DNA of 64,000 nt. It comes from Verrucomicrobiota bacterium (lineage in GTDB: Bacteria > Verrucomicrobiota > Verrucomicrobiia > Opitutales > Cerasicoccaceae). Shown here in pieces: positions 48,312-58,305 of the stretch. Both the position numbers and the translations under genes were made by a program. Within the stretch, counting starts at the first letter, position 1. The number at the start of each line of letters is the position of its first letter. The notes under the pieces are model-generated. The model was not told the DNA's origin, searched no databases, and saw only the letters and a program-made list of their open reading frames with translations. The stretch lies in the NCBI GenBank assembly GCA_039818205.1, contig JBCBUK010000007.1, positions 128,001 through 192,000 on the forward strand, in the 5' to 3' direction.

Positions 48312-48950
48312 ATGTACAAAGCGCTATTCGAGGCAGCTTCAAAGCACTTACGAACAAATGGGATAGAGCCATTGCTCATCGAGGGAGAACCAATTTCTGA
48401 AGCCAGATTGCTTGATGCGGAAAGAAAAATCGGTCGTCCAATCCCGCAAGACCTGAGAACCTTCTTCTTGGAAATGGGCGACGGCTTCCAATTTATCCCA
48501 GACCGTGAAAAGGAAAATTTATTCTTCATGGTAAGCTGGCTTGAAGACATTGTCGACAATGCAGATTTCCCGAAAATCTTGCAAGAGGAAGCCGAGGACA
48601 CAGGAGGAAATCCAAGTGATTTAGTAGCTGCTGAGCTCAAACGGAGGCAAAACTGGCTGCCCATTTATAATATCGGCGGAGGCGGCTATATGTTCTGCTT
48701 AGACCTAGAAGAATCGCCATCGCCAGTTCGATACTATGAAAGATGCTATTGGCCATCAGACGCCCCAGAGACATGGACATTTAAATTGGCGGATTCGTTT
48801 CACGATTTTGTCCTCCAATGGAGCCGGTATTGTTTCGAAGAAGCTAACGGTGCAACCTTGATCAACATTGCAATGGGTCTAACTGGAAAGTTCGATTGGG
48901 CGCCTACACGTTTCAACCCGATCTATGACCGCGGAAAAACCGACGTTTAG
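48312..48950 (+). CDS. SMI1/KNR4 (SUKH) family protein
   Basis: PISEARLLDAERKIGRPIPQDLRTFF, LPI...GGGYMFCLD, LADSFHDF. Confidence 0.85.
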   Translation: MYKALFEAASKHLRTNGIEPLLIEGEPISEARLLDAERKIGRPIPQDLRTFFLEMGDGFQFIPDREKENLFFMVSWLEDIVDNADFPKILQEEAEDTGGNPSDLVAAELKRRQNWLPIYNIGGGGYMFCLDLEESPSPVRYYERCYWPSDAPETWTFKLADSFHDFVLQWSRYCFEEANGATLINIAMGLTGKFDWAPTRFNPIYDRGKTDV

Positions 48951-49338
48951 AAAACACCTCGTGCCCACTCCTACTGAAATCATCACACGGATCATAACCG
49001 GGCGTTGCCCGAAGTGTGGTGAGCGCGGATTGTTCGTGCACTGGTTCCGATTGCAGCGAGAATGCAAGCACTGCGGTTTGTCGCTGGCCAAAGAGGACGG
49101 ATTCTACTTGGGAACCACTTCGATTGGCTACGTCCTGGCCATCGTCGTTGTATTGATTCCGATCTGCGTGCTCGTCGTGTCCGATGTGATTGGCGTCTGG
49201 CTCGGAGTCACGATCGCCATTTTGGGCAGCCTGATCCTCGTCGCCGCCCTCTACCCCGTAATGCTCTGTGTACTGCTGGTGAGTTACTATCTGCTCAAGC
49301 CACAGGAGCTCGAAGACGAAGCATCCGCCGAACCATAG
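48925..49338 (+). CDS. DUF983 family membrane protein
   Basis: GRCPKCGERGLF...CKHCGL followed by two TM helices; true start may be slightly downstream. Confidence 0.8.
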   Translation: MTAEKPTFRKHLVPTPTEIITRIITGRCPKCGERGLFVHWFRLQRECKHCGLSLAKEDGFYLGTTSIGYVLAIVVVLIPICVLVVSDVIGVWLGVTIAILGSLILVAALYPVMLCVLLVSYYLLKPQELEDEASAEP

Positions 49339-49342
49339 GCAT

Positions 49343-49373
49343 AAAAAAAGCCCCGTCGATCGCGACGAGGCTT
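49343..49373 (-). terminator. Intrinsic terminator between convergent genes
   Basis: Minus strand AAGCCTCGTCG-CGAT-CGACGGGGCTT-TTTTT. Confidence 0.75.
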
Positions 49374-49398
49374 CTCACAAAGTTATCCGGCAATCCGA

Positions 49399-50439
49399 CT
49401 ACTGGTTCTCCTTGTCGAAGGCACCGTCGAAAGCGACATCGCTGGTTGGGAAATCAACGCTGCGGACGAATTCGGCTGCTTCGGTGGCGCCGTGGAAGCG
49501 ATCCATGCGGATATCTTCCCACTCGACCGATAAGGGGCCAGCATAGCCAATGTCATTGAGAGCGACGATGATATCTTCGAACATGATGTCGCCATGGCCG
49601 AGGGAACGGAAATCCCAGAAGCGGCGGTGATCGCCAAAGTCAGTGTGGCCGCCAAAGACACCGACGGTGCCATCACCGTGATCCCACCAAGCATCCTTCA
49701 TGTGGACGTGGTAGATGCGATCGGCAAACTCACGAATAAACTTCACGTAATCGACTCCTTGATATCCCAAGTGCGACGGATCGTAATTGAAACCAAAGCG
49801 CTTGTGTCCCTTCAGGGCCTCGATCGCGCGCTTGGCGCTGGCGATATCGAAGGCGATCTCCGTTGGGTGCACTTCGAGCGCGAAATTCACATCGACTTTT
49901 TCAAAAGCGTCCAAAATGGGCTTCCAGCGCGTCGCGAAATCCTTGAAGCCGTCCACAATCATCTTTGGCGATACCGGCGGAAATGAGTAAATCAGGTGCC
50001 AGATACTGGATCCGGTGAAGCCATTGACTACCGCAGGAAAGGTCGAGGCACCCAGGCTTTCGGGCTTCGCGTCCATGAATTTGCGGCAAGCCTTACCGGT
50101 TGCGATCATCTCCTTGGCCGCCCGTTTGCGGACAGATTCCGGCTTTCCATCGCCCCAAACATGCTCGGGCAAAATCGCCTTGTGGCGCTCATCGATCAGG
50201 TCGCATACGGCCTGTCCTACGAGGTGCGTCGAAATCGAATAGCAGGTTAAACCGTTGTCAGCCAACAACTCCCATTTTTCTTTAAGATAGGTTTTTTTCG
50301 ATGCTTGGGCCACATCAAAGTGGTCTCCCCAGCAGGCGAGCTCCACGCCATCGTAACCCATTTCTTTGACGCGTGGGGCGAGTTTTTCAAGAGGGATATC
50401 GGCCCATTGGCCGGTGAAGAGCGTTACGGGTCGGGACAT
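49399..50439 (-). CDS. Sugar phosphate isomerase/epimerase (xylose isomerase-like TIM barrel)
   Basis: [41 protein letters not shown]. Confidence 0.9.
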   Translation of the reverse strand: MSRPVTLFTGQWADIPLEKLAPRVKEMGYDGVELACWGDHFDVAQASKKTYLKEKWELLADNGLTCYSISTHLVGQAVCDLIDERHKAILPEHVWGDGKPESVRKRAAKEMIATGKACRKFMDAKPESLGASTFPAVVNGFTGSSIWHLIYSFPPVSPKMIVDGFKDFATRWKPILDAFEKVDVNFALEVHPTEIAFDIASAKRAIEALKGHKRFGFNYDPSHLGYQGVDYVKFIREFADRIYHVHMKDAWWDHGDGTVGVFGGHTDFGDHRRFWDFRSLGHGDIMFEDIIVALNDIGYAGPLSVEWEDIRMDRFHGATEAAEFVRSVDFPTSDVAFDGAFDKENQ

Positions 50440-50625
50440 GGTGGGAGTCAGGTTAGCAATTACAGAGTTGGTTAACTCGATATGTTCCAATGCTTTTCCA
50501 AAAAAGTTTCAACCGCAAATCGCTTATTTCTTAGGATTCAGTTCTCATGCGGGGCTAGAAAGCGCAATTTGGGCTGGCCAAACGGTTTTCGGGTCCCTTT
50601 AGTGCGCGGCTTTGTCCCATCCAAA

Positions 50626-51036
50626 ATGAGTCTCCAGATCGATATCGATAACGTCCTCGAGGTGTCTTGCGACGACGCCCAAAAACGCGAATCCGCCCTC
50701 TCCGCGGCAAAAGATTTGGTCTCCGAGGCAGGCGACAAAGTTCAGGTGAGCGACGATCGAATCTTTTTTCACTGCGAGTGGGAGCCCCCGTTCAAGCAGC
50801 TAAAAAAACTCTCCGCAGCACACACTGGCGTGACCTTCACCCTTTGGTCGGAGGCATTTCAGCAGCATCACTGGATTTCCAAAGTCGACTACGTCGATGG
50901 CAAAGGTGCAGAAGAGACGCTTTCCCGCATCGATGACGAATTTCCAGCGGTGTTCAAAGAGATTTTCTCGGCCGAAGAATCCTCTTGGGAAAAATCTCCG
51001 ACCCCAGGGTTTCAAACCTGGTTTCCATCACGCTAA
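50626..51036 (+). CDS. Hypothetical protein
   Basis: 136-aa ORF; F..EWEPP...LS....VTF loosely resembles YubB/DUF1281 ferredoxin-like domains. Confidence 0.55.
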   Translation: MSLQIDIDNVLEVSCDDAQKRESALSAAKDLVSEAGDKVQVSDDRIFFHCEWEPPFKQLKKLSAAHTGVTFTLWSEAFQQHHWISKVDYVDGKGAEETLSRIDDEFPAVFKEIFSAEESSWEKSPTPGFQTWFPSR

Positions 51037-51092
51037 TCGGAGGAATCGTTCCATGGCTCCGCCGTGGAACACCACTGCCATCGCACCCAGCC

Positions 51093-51488
51093 TTAGTGTG
51101 CCGCACATTTCTTCGCGGCAAGGTATGCGAGTCCCTTTTGCAGTTTCCTAAATATCTGGGCTTCATAGGTTAGCCGACCGTGAACGTAGGCCAGCCAAAT
51201 ACGTCCAATGCCGTAGTCCAGTGGCTTGGACAGCAAGACGGATAAGCGTCCACCATCCATACTGTCGTTGAGGGTTTCGCAATAGGAAGCGATCGAACGC
51301 ACCCCCATAATCGGTATGTCACCGACCGAGGCCCGAGAATGATCCGCGAGAACATTTTTGACGCCGGAACGAAAGCAGGTCCCATTCAATTGATCAATCA
51401 TGTCGAAAATCTCATCGGTATTGAGATCGCCCAATGAAATGATTCGGACAATTTCCAGCGTATCGTCAACTTCGATTGTGTAGCTCAT
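51093..51488 (-). CDS. Hypothetical protein, STAS/SpoIIAA-like
   Basis: 131 aa with VLADHS, LDYGIGR and QIFR...GLAYL pattern. Confidence 0.6.
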   Translation of the reverse strand: MSYTIEVDDTLEIVRIISLGDLNTDEIFDMIDQLNGTCFRSGVKNVLADHSRASVGDIPIMGVRSIASYCETLNDSMDGGRLSVLLSKPLDYGIGRIWLAYVHGRLTYEAQIFRKLQKGLAYLAAKKCAAH

Positions 51489-51759
51489 AACGCAAAGGAA
51501 TGTTTTCAGCCTATCGTTAGATGATTACACTAAACAGGCTACAATCGTCCTATTAATAGCGCAAATAAGAACCGCCCATACAACCCTACCTTATACACCT
51601 ATTTAAGAGGGTATCGATCCCGCACCTAACCAATCGGTGACACCGAGAATGGGCGATTTCTCCGGCTGACGTTTCATTCCCGATACAACTTTGCCCTTGG
51701 GGCGTTTTAACCTTCCAGAGGTGGCAGGACTTGATATAAATCAGGGAAACCCGCAAGTT

Positions 51760-53400
51760 ATGTCCGACTCCGAAATTCTAATAGTTGGTGCAGGTCCCGT
51801 GGGACTTTGCCTCGCCTGCGAATTGGCCCGTTATCGCGTCCCTTTTCGACTGATCGAAAAACGGCCCGAGCCTTCTCGCAACTCGAAAGCCCTCGGGGTT
51901 CACGCGCGCTCCCTCGAAATGCTCGAGGATATGGGGATTGCCCACAAATTTGTAGAACGGGGTTTACCCGTGCAACAGATCAACTTCTATGCGAACGGGA
52001 AACGACTGACCCAGGTTGCACTGAGCGAAGTCGATAGCCCATTCAACTTCACTTTAGATATTCCGCAAAGTCTGACGGAGCGGCTCTATATCGAACACCT
52101 GGAACAACTTGGTCACCAAGTTGACCGTTACGTCGAACTCGAAGGTTTTGAGAATACGGAAAACGGCGTTGCGGTGGAGCTGCGCAAAACTGGCGGCATT
52201 ATCGAGAAACGTGAATACCGATACGTTGTTGGATGCGATGGCGCCCACAGTACGGTCCGTAAGCACCTCGGATTAGAGTTCAAAGGCGATGCCTACCCTG
52301 AGCACTTTGCGCTGGCTGATGTCCACATCAGCTCTGGCCTCGAGGCCAACCAGATGCACATGTTTTTCCACTCGGACGGCTTCTTAATCCTCTTTCCCAT
52401 GCGAGGTGAACGGTATCGCGTCATCGCCACGATTGCGGACGAGTCCGAACCCACCCTTGATGTGCCCTACATTCAGGAGCTCATGAATGCCCGCACGGGT
52501 GTTCAGACAACGGTCAGTGATGGCATCTGGTTTTCCAATTTCCGCATCCATCACCGCATCGTCTCGCAATACCGCAAAGGGAATGTCTTTTTGGCAGGCG
52601 ATGCTGCTCACATCCATAGCCCTGCCGGTGGGCAAGGCATGAACACTGGCATGCAAGACGCCTACAATCTCGCCTGGAAACTCGCGCTCAACCACGAGGG
52701 TCTAACCGATCTCCTGGACAGCTATTCACCCGAGCGAGTCCCAGTCGGGTCGAAGGTCGTTGAGCTCACCGACCGGATGACCAAGGTTGCGACGATGCAA
52801 AATCCCGTCGGAACCGCGGTGCGCAACACCATGATGCCCATCGTGGCGAGCCTCGGCGTGGTCCAGCACAAATTGGTCAACACGATCGAGGAGGTCGACG
52901 TGAATTACCGTGGAACAGACTGGGTTTCCGAACACATGGGCGACACCCGCGACGCCTCGACCCGTACCCCGTTTTCTCATGGCCCCAAACCAGGAGATCG
53001 TGCACCAGACGCCATTGTCACCCAAAGCGAAACAGGCTCAGCCAAGCGGTTATTCGAGCTTTTTCAAGGTCCCCACTACACCTTACTGGTCTTCATCTAC
53101 GGAAACCTGAAGGAGGGGGAACCCAAAGACATACTCACGCTGACCCAGGACCTGAAGAAGCGCCTTGGTAAATGGATCGAGTGCTATTTCATTTCCGATC
53201 GCCAGGTCCCCACTGAGCTAGGCAATGGCTCCGATATCTATCTGGACGCCCGGATGAAAGCACACTCCTCCTACGGGGTTACGCTCGCCAGCTCGCTCTA
53301 CCTGGTTCGCCCAGATGGTTACGTAGCATTCAGAAGCCTCCCCTTCAGTGGAAAGGCCCTGGGCGATTATCTTGATCGGATCGGATTGGGAGCTCGCTAG
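51760..53400 (+). CDS. FAD-dependent aromatic monooxygenase (PheA/TfdB family)
   Basis: IVGAGPVGL, VVGCDGAHSTVR, LAGDAAHIHSPAGGQGMNTGMQDAYNLAWKL, LVRPDGYVAFR. Confidence 0.92.
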   Translation: MSDSEILIVGAGPVGLCLACELARYRVPFRLIEKRPEPSRNSKALGVHARSLEMLEDMGIAHKFVERGLPVQQINFYANGKRLTQVALSEVDSPFNFTLDIPQSLTERLYIEHLEQLGHQVDRYVELEGFENTENGVAVELRKTGGIIEKREYRYVVGCDGAHSTVRKHLGLEFKGDAYPEHFALADVHISSGLEANQMHMFFHSDGFLILFPMRGERYRVIATIADESEPTLDVPYIQELMNARTGVQTTVSDGIWFSNFRIHHRIVSQYRKGNVFLAGDAAHIHSPAGGQGMNTGMQDAYNLAWKLALNHEGLTDLLDSYSPERVPVGSKVVELTDRMTKVATMQNPVGTAVRNTMMPIVASLGVVQHKLVNTIEEVDVNYRGTDWVSEHMGDTRDASTRTPFSHGPKPGDRAPDAIVTQSETGSAKRLFELFQGPHYTLLVFIYGNLKEGEPKDILTLTQDLKKRLGKWIECYFISDRQVPTELGNGSDIYLDARMKAHSSYGVTLASSLYLVRPDGYVAFRSLPFSGKALGDYLDRIGLGAR

Positions 53401-53519
53401 AACCAGCCCTCTGACGAGCGGACGACGCCGTGCTCATCCGTATCCGCTGAGGAACAACCGCTTGCGGTAAATCCGATAAGTGCCGCTAAGGCCAACAGAA
53501 AGATGTGGATTCGTTTCAT
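53397..53519 (-). CDS. Putative very small lipoprotein
   Basis: Hand translation: MKRIHIFLLALAALIGFTASGCSSADTDEHGVVRSSEGWF (40 aa), lipobox ASGC. Confidence 0.6.
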   Translation of the reverse strand: MKRIHIFLLALAALIGFTASGCSSADTDEHGVVRSSEGWF

Positions 53520-53574
53520 GATATTCTTGGTTTTAAACCATCGAAGCGAAAGGTTAAGTCAATGCGAAACCCAT

Positions 53575-54039
53575 CTAGCCTTTTTTCGAATGATGAATTT
53601 GCCGCAAAGCTTCGTACACGACGATACCAGCCGCCGTTGATAAATTGAGTGACCGGAGTTCCGGCGCAAACTGCGGAATCGTAATGCGGGTCTCCTGGAG
53701 TTCCTCGTGCAGAAACTCAGGGGCGCCCTGCCCTTCGTTGCCAAATACAAGCGCGTCTCCATCGGCAAAATCAGCATCCCACATCGTCTGTTCCGCATGG
53801 GTCGTCAACAACCAGCGACGGGGCGCAGGCGCGGCCTCCCTGTAGGCCGCCCAGTCGTCGTGGTGATGCACATCGAGCTGATGCCAATAATCCATACCGC
53901 TTCGGCGCACTTTCTTTTCCGAAATGGTGAAGCCCAGTGGGTGAATCAAATGCAACCGGCATTGGGTAATGGCACACATTCGGCCAATGTTGCCAGTATT
54001 TTGGGGAATCTGTGGTTGGTGCAGAACGACGTGCAGCAT
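53575..54039 (-). CDS. trmL: tRNA (cytidine/uridine-34-2'-O)-methyltransferase
   Basis: PQIPQNTGNI, RSGMDYW, FGNEGQG, RSLNLS. Confidence 0.93.
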   Translation of the reverse strand: MLHVVLHQPQIPQNTGNIGRMCAITQCRLHLIHPLGFTISEKKVRRSGMDYWHQLDVHHHDDWAAYREAAPAPRRWLLTTHAEQTMWDADFADGDALVFGNEGQGAPEFLHEELQETRITIPQFAPELRSLNLSTAAGIVVYEALRQIHHSKKG

Positions 54040-54098
54040 GAAAAACAGAACGACATCGAGACGTGCCTGGTCAACACCAAGATGCTAAACCGATCCGC

Positions 54099-55163
54099 CT
54101 ACACCCAATTTGCGGTGCGCCAGGAAAAGCCCTGCGCAAGATCCTTGGCAAAGAACGGCCCGCGATAGATCATTCCCGTGTAGATTTGGATCATCCGAGC
54201 ACCCGCATCGAAAAATTCTCCTGCGGTACGCTCATCAACAATACCGCCGACACCAATGATCGGGATCTTTCCTTCGGTGGAACGATGAATGTAGTTCACG
54301 ATATTGACCGCTCGGCGATGGATTGGGGCGCCACTCAGGCCACCCGTTTCATCCTTGTCGCCCAGGTCAATCGGGCGTTCAACAAGCGTGTTGGTCGCGA
54401 TAATTCCGGCTGCACCGGACTCGAGAATCGACTCCAGAACATCATCTAGCTCACGATAAGTCAGGTCCGGAGCAATTTTGACCAAAATTGGGATTGTCGG
54501 CTTGCTGAGTTTGCTGGCTCGCTCCTTATCCGCTGCAATCACCGCCCCGACCAGCTCGGTTAAATATTGGCGTTGCTGCAACTGACGCAGATCCGGCGTG
54601 TTTGGACTGCTAACGTTTATCGCAAAATAGTCCGCAAATTCCGCAAGCTTATGATAACTGGCCAAATAGTCTTCGACGGCCTCGTCAACTGGGGTCACCC
54701 GGCTCTTCCCGATGTTGATACCCAAGGGAATTGCACGCTTCGTGCCTTCGGGCTCTTCGGCGAGGCGCTTCGCCACCGCATCCGCGCCGTCGTTGGGGAA
54801 TCCCATCCGGTTGATCAACGCCTCATGCTCGGGAAGGCGGAAAATCCGTGGCTTCGGGTTGCCCGATTGTTCCTGGTTGGTGACAGTTCCGATCTCCACG
54901 TGGCCAAAGCCCAAAGCCGCCATTGCTGGCCAGAACACCGCATTCTTGTCAAAACCAGCCGCCAATCCAACCGGGTTCGGAAAACTCAGCCCAAAAAGAT
55001 CTATAGGCTCGCCCCGGTTTGGCCGATTATACATTTCCATCACTTTCAGCAGCGGTCCGGAATTGGAAAGCTTGCGAAGCCACTCTACGGCCCGCTCATG
55101 CACCTCTTCCGCATCGTTTTTAAATAAATACGGACGAACCAAAGACTCATAAAAGGTGCTCAT
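54099..55163 (-). CDS. pyrD: Quinone-dependent dihydroorotate dehydrogenase (class 2)
   Basis: GLAAGFDKNA, INRMGF, NVSSPNTP, KIAPD, GGLSG. Confidence 0.96.
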   Translation of the reverse strand: MSTFYESLVRPYLFKNDAEEVHERAVEWLRKLSNSGPLLKVMEMYNRPNRGEPIDLFGLSFPNPVGLAAGFDKNAVFWPAMAALGFGHVEIGTVTNQEQSGNPKPRIFRLPEHEALINRMGFPNDGADAVAKRLAEEPEGTKRAIPLGINIGKSRVTPVDEAVEDYLASYHKLAEFADYFAINVSSPNTPDLRQLQQRQYLTELVGAVIAADKERASKLSKPTIPILVKIAPDLTYRELDDVLESILESGAAGIIATNTLVERPIDLGDKDETGGLSGAPIHRRAVNIVNYIHRSTEGKIPIIGVGGIVDERTAGEFFDAGARMIQIYTGMIYRGPFFAKDLAQGFSWRTANWV

Positions 55164-55414
55164 AAGTGAAATCTAGCAGGTGAAAAAATGGATTCAGAGG
55201 CAATAATATGCAGCGGAGAGCTCTCTCAAAATTGGTTTTCCGCAGCAATCAGCAGGCCGCAAGCATTAGAAAAAAGGCATTCCTGTCCACTTTTTTGACT
55301 TGGAATCCGAAAATATCTTTTTGAATTCTTGACGACCGGCAAAAGAGCCCCAACGTCCATGACCATCTCTTTGCCCCAAATTAATTATCGCGAAAATCGC
55401 TTCTAAACAACAAC

Positions 55415-56179
55415 ATGCCAAAAACAGCTCCTAAACTCGAGTGGTGTATCGTCCGCCTTGGTACAGATATGAACTGGTGGGTCGAAGAAATTAGTGACGA
55501 CGTCCATTGGGACGTAGACGGTCTCAGCATTATTGATCCCCGTCAAATTAGTCACGTCATGGACCTGCTGGACCCCTTGCGCGATTACGATTTTGAGCCA
55601 TCCAATTTCGAAGATGCGTTCTTCAAATTCCGCATCGACAAGAAGATGGACGACCATCGTCTGCGCCTGGTTCGCACCAACGAATCCTTGTTTGAATCCG
55701 ACGAGTTGTTGTTTGCCCTGCCAGACATTATCGACGAGGAAAAAGGACCATATGCGGATTGCATCGACCACCTGACGGTGCTCCGCGTCAAGCTCCTCAA
55801 TGACTTGATCGAGTTTGAGCAGAAGTTTACTGTCGAAGAACTCGAGGATGATTTGCGAGAGGAGCAAAACGCCGACTTCATGGAAGGCCGCGCAATTCAC
55901 TGCTTCCGCGAGATGCTCGACATCATGGAATTCGTTCCCGATGGCTATGAGCTCGATGCCGACGAAGAGTCCAGCAGTGGCGACGAAATTGAAAAAGAAT
56001 TCCCCGACCTCGAAGAAGAAGACGAGAAGATCGAGGAAGACGAAACCATGAAGTGGGACGAGGACGAAGACGAGGAGGAAGGCGAGGAAGGCGAACTCGA
56101 CGAAGATTCCGAAGGTCTGCTCGATGGTGACGATGAAGAGGAAGCCGAAGAGAAATCCTCGAGCCCTTCGAATAAATAA
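55415..56179 (+). CDS. Hypothetical protein with a long Asp/Glu-rich C-terminal tail
   Basis: 254-aa ORF; roughly the last 80 aa are dominated by D/E. Confidence 0.8.
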   Translation: MPKTAPKLEWCIVRLGTDMNWWVEEISDDVHWDVDGLSIIDPRQISHVMDLLDPLRDYDFEPSNFEDAFFKFRIDKKMDDHRLRLVRTNESLFESDELLFALPDIIDEEKGPYADCIDHLTVLRVKLLNDLIEFEQKFTVEELEDDLREEQNADFMEGRAIHCFREMLDIMEFVPDGYELDADEESSSGDEIEKEFPDLEEEDEKIEEDETMKWDEDEDEEEGEEGELDEDSEGLLDGDDEEEAEEKSSSPSNK

Positions 56180-56188
56180 TCCACGATT

Positions 56189-56797
56189 GTGAAGCGCAGC
56201 CAGCAGCAAACCCTCCCCGCCTTTTGGATTTTCTTTGTGGTGAGTTTGCTGCTTTCGGCCTGCGAGACGACCTCGAACAACGCAGCGGGCTCCGGCAACC
56301 CGAAGCCAGTCGAACCGAAATCTTCCGCCGTGCTCCGGCCGGGTGATACCCTGCAGGTTAACTTGCAAGGCATTCCCGACTCGAGCAGCAACGACGTGCA
56401 GATTGACGATGACGGCGCGGTCAGCCTGCCGTTTATCGGTCGATTACCCGCTGCGAACTTCACGGCCTCCGAGCTCGCCAACGACATTCGGCAGCGCTAC
56501 ATCGACAAGAAGATCTACCGCAACGTCGATGTTTCGGTTTACGTTACTGATCGCTACATCTACGTGGGCGGACAAGTCGCCAATCCTGGCCGCGTTATCT
56601 GGACCCCTGATCTAACCCTGACCAAGGCTGTTCAAGCTGCAGGAGGATTCACGCTCTATGCCCGCGAAGGTGCGGTCCAGTTGACCCGAGACCAACAGGT
56701 ATACATCATCGACGCCGACCTCGCGCTAGACTCGCCGAAAGAAGATCCAAAGCTTTTCCCGGGTGACTCAATTAATATCGAGCGCTCCCCCTTCTAG
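56189..56797 (+). CDS. Polysaccharide export (Wza-like Poly_export/SLBB) lipoprotein
   Basis: Lipobox LLSAC; LRPGDTL, IDDDGAVSLPFIG, VGGQVANPG, AAGGF, LFPGDSI. Confidence 0.88.
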   Translation: MKRSQQQTLPAFWIFFVVSLLLSACETTSNNAAGSGNPKPVEPKSSAVLRPGDTLQVNLQGIPDSSSNDVQIDDDGAVSLPFIGRLPAANFTASELANDIRQRYIDKKIYRNVDVSVYVTDRYIYVGGQVANPGRVIWTPDLTLTKAVQAAGGFTLYAREGAVQLTRDQQVYIIDADLALDSPKEDPKLFPGDSINIERSPF

Positions 56798-56799
56798 CG

Positions 56800-57867
56800 C
56801 TACTTGAGTAGTCGCTGTTTCTTGGCAGCAAAAGCCCAGCGGTAAAAGTCGATATACTCCGCTTCGCTTTCCCAAGCCCGGTCGTAGTAACGCTGATTCA
56901 GCAGGTTGAAATACTTGCGAGCCGCCTGGGCGTCCCCCGCCACACAAGCCAATCGCGCCGCATTGGATAGCAACGAAAGCGACTCGGGATACTTGCGAAT
57001 TATTTGGTCGAGCCCACGCTTGGTTTGAGGCCAGGAAGCGTCGGTTTCGCGAAACACATTGTCATAGTAGCGCTTCGTGTAGAGGACAATGCGAGCATAA
57101 GCCTCGTCTCCCAAACCATCGGGTAATCTCGCAACAGATTCGGCATAAGCCTCCCAATCACCCGATTCACCATACCAACGTGGCAAGAGTGAAAATGCCC
57201 GGATTGTATCAATGCCCCAATAGGTTGGATCATAGGCATGCCCATCATCCACCAGTTGGTCAAACGCGTCAGCATCCCAGCCGTCACCCATTGCAACCTG
57301 CAATGACACCCGCCACCAATGCGGATCCTGCTCTGACAAATCCGACGCTAGATCGAGTACCTCCTGGGCCTTGGCCAAGCGCTCGTAGAACAAGGCCCAA
57401 TCCTCATCGGAAACCGTATCCGCATAGCCACCGCCTCGCGCCTTCCAGGCATACTCCACCCAAAAGTTCGCATAAGCGACGTGGGCCGTGACCGATTCAG
57501 GATACTCCTCCAGCCACTGCTGATAAATCTCATCGTGGAGTTGCCACAGACTTTCCGGTTCGCTCCTGCGCGGCTCAAACGAACTATAAATCCCGAAAAT
57601 CTTCCGACCCCCGTGAGGAAAAACCGCTTTGTCTTCTCTAATCTGCTTCGCCAGTTTTTCCAATTCACCAAAGTCTCGCTTATTAAACAGGCTCCGTGTC
57701 TTGAATCGGAAGCGGCTAACTATTTCGTCAACGGGGTCCTCGGTTAAAACAGGCACTACCGAAATCGGCTGCCCCGACGCCACCTCATCAGCAGGCGGTT
57801 GACAAGCGCCCAGCGCCAACAACATGCCTACTCCCGCGATCCTCACTAACCTGCTAATCGAACACAT
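56800..57867 (-). CDS. DUF4034-like lipoprotein
   Basis: Lipobox LGAC; AWKARGGGYADTV and LLPRWYG motifs. Start uncertain. Confidence 0.8.
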   Translation of the reverse strand: MCSISRLVRIAGVGMLLALGACQPPADEVASGQPISVVPVLTEDPVDEIVSRFRFKTRSLFNKRDFGELEKLAKQIREDKAVFPHGGRKIFGIYSSFEPRRSEPESLWQLHDEIYQQWLEEYPESVTAHVAYANFWVEYAWKARGGGYADTVSDEDWALFYERLAKAQEVLDLASDLSEQDPHWWRVSLQVAMGDGWDADAFDQLVDDGHAYDPTYWGIDTIRAFSLLPRWYGESGDWEAYAESVARLPDGLGDEAYARIVLYTKRYYDNVFRETDASWPQTKRGLDQIIRKYPESLSLLSNAARLACVAGDAQAARKYFNLLNQRYYDRAWESEAEYIDFYRWAFAAKKQRLLK

Positions 57868-57909
57868 CACCCGAGAGCCTACTAAACTCTGCACGTATCA
57901 CAAGCTTGC

Positions 57910-58305
57910 ATGAGGCGGTTCAGAACCTCATCATTATTTTGTCCCATAACCCAAACGTGCGCAAACTATAGATCCGCAAACGCGAACACTCATTCTAACG
58001 CGACCTACCCCATACTGGCTCTCGCGGCCTATCATCAGGACCATAGCGAGCTACCGGAAACGCTCGATGCGCTCGTTCCCGACTACATTCCAACAGTGCC
58101 GCTCGATCCGTTTGACGGCGAACCGATGCGTTACGACCGCGACAAGCGCATCATCTATTCCGTTGGCGAAGACTTTGTCGACAATGGTGGCAGCGAATTC
58201 CCCTCGCAATTTGAGGCCAGCAACAATGATTCCAGTTTAGGCAACATTGCTGAAGAAGACAGGCTTGAACCCACCTACCATATTCGGTTTGGATGGACGG
58301 ACTGA
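57910..58305 (+). pseudogene. Probable 3' remnant of a longer gene (pseudopilin-like C-terminal motif)
   Basis: LALAAYHQDHSELPETLDALVPDYIPTVPLDPFDGEPMRY...IYSVGEDFVDNGG, preceded by about 30 aa that do not look protein-like and have no TM or prepilin leader. Confidence 0.5.

Noticed and set aside
55403..56487. Long minus-strand ORFs (321 aa and 180 aa) and GAA/GAC repeats
   Set aside because: Antisense of the D/E-rich coding sequence; not a tandem repeat array or CRISPR.
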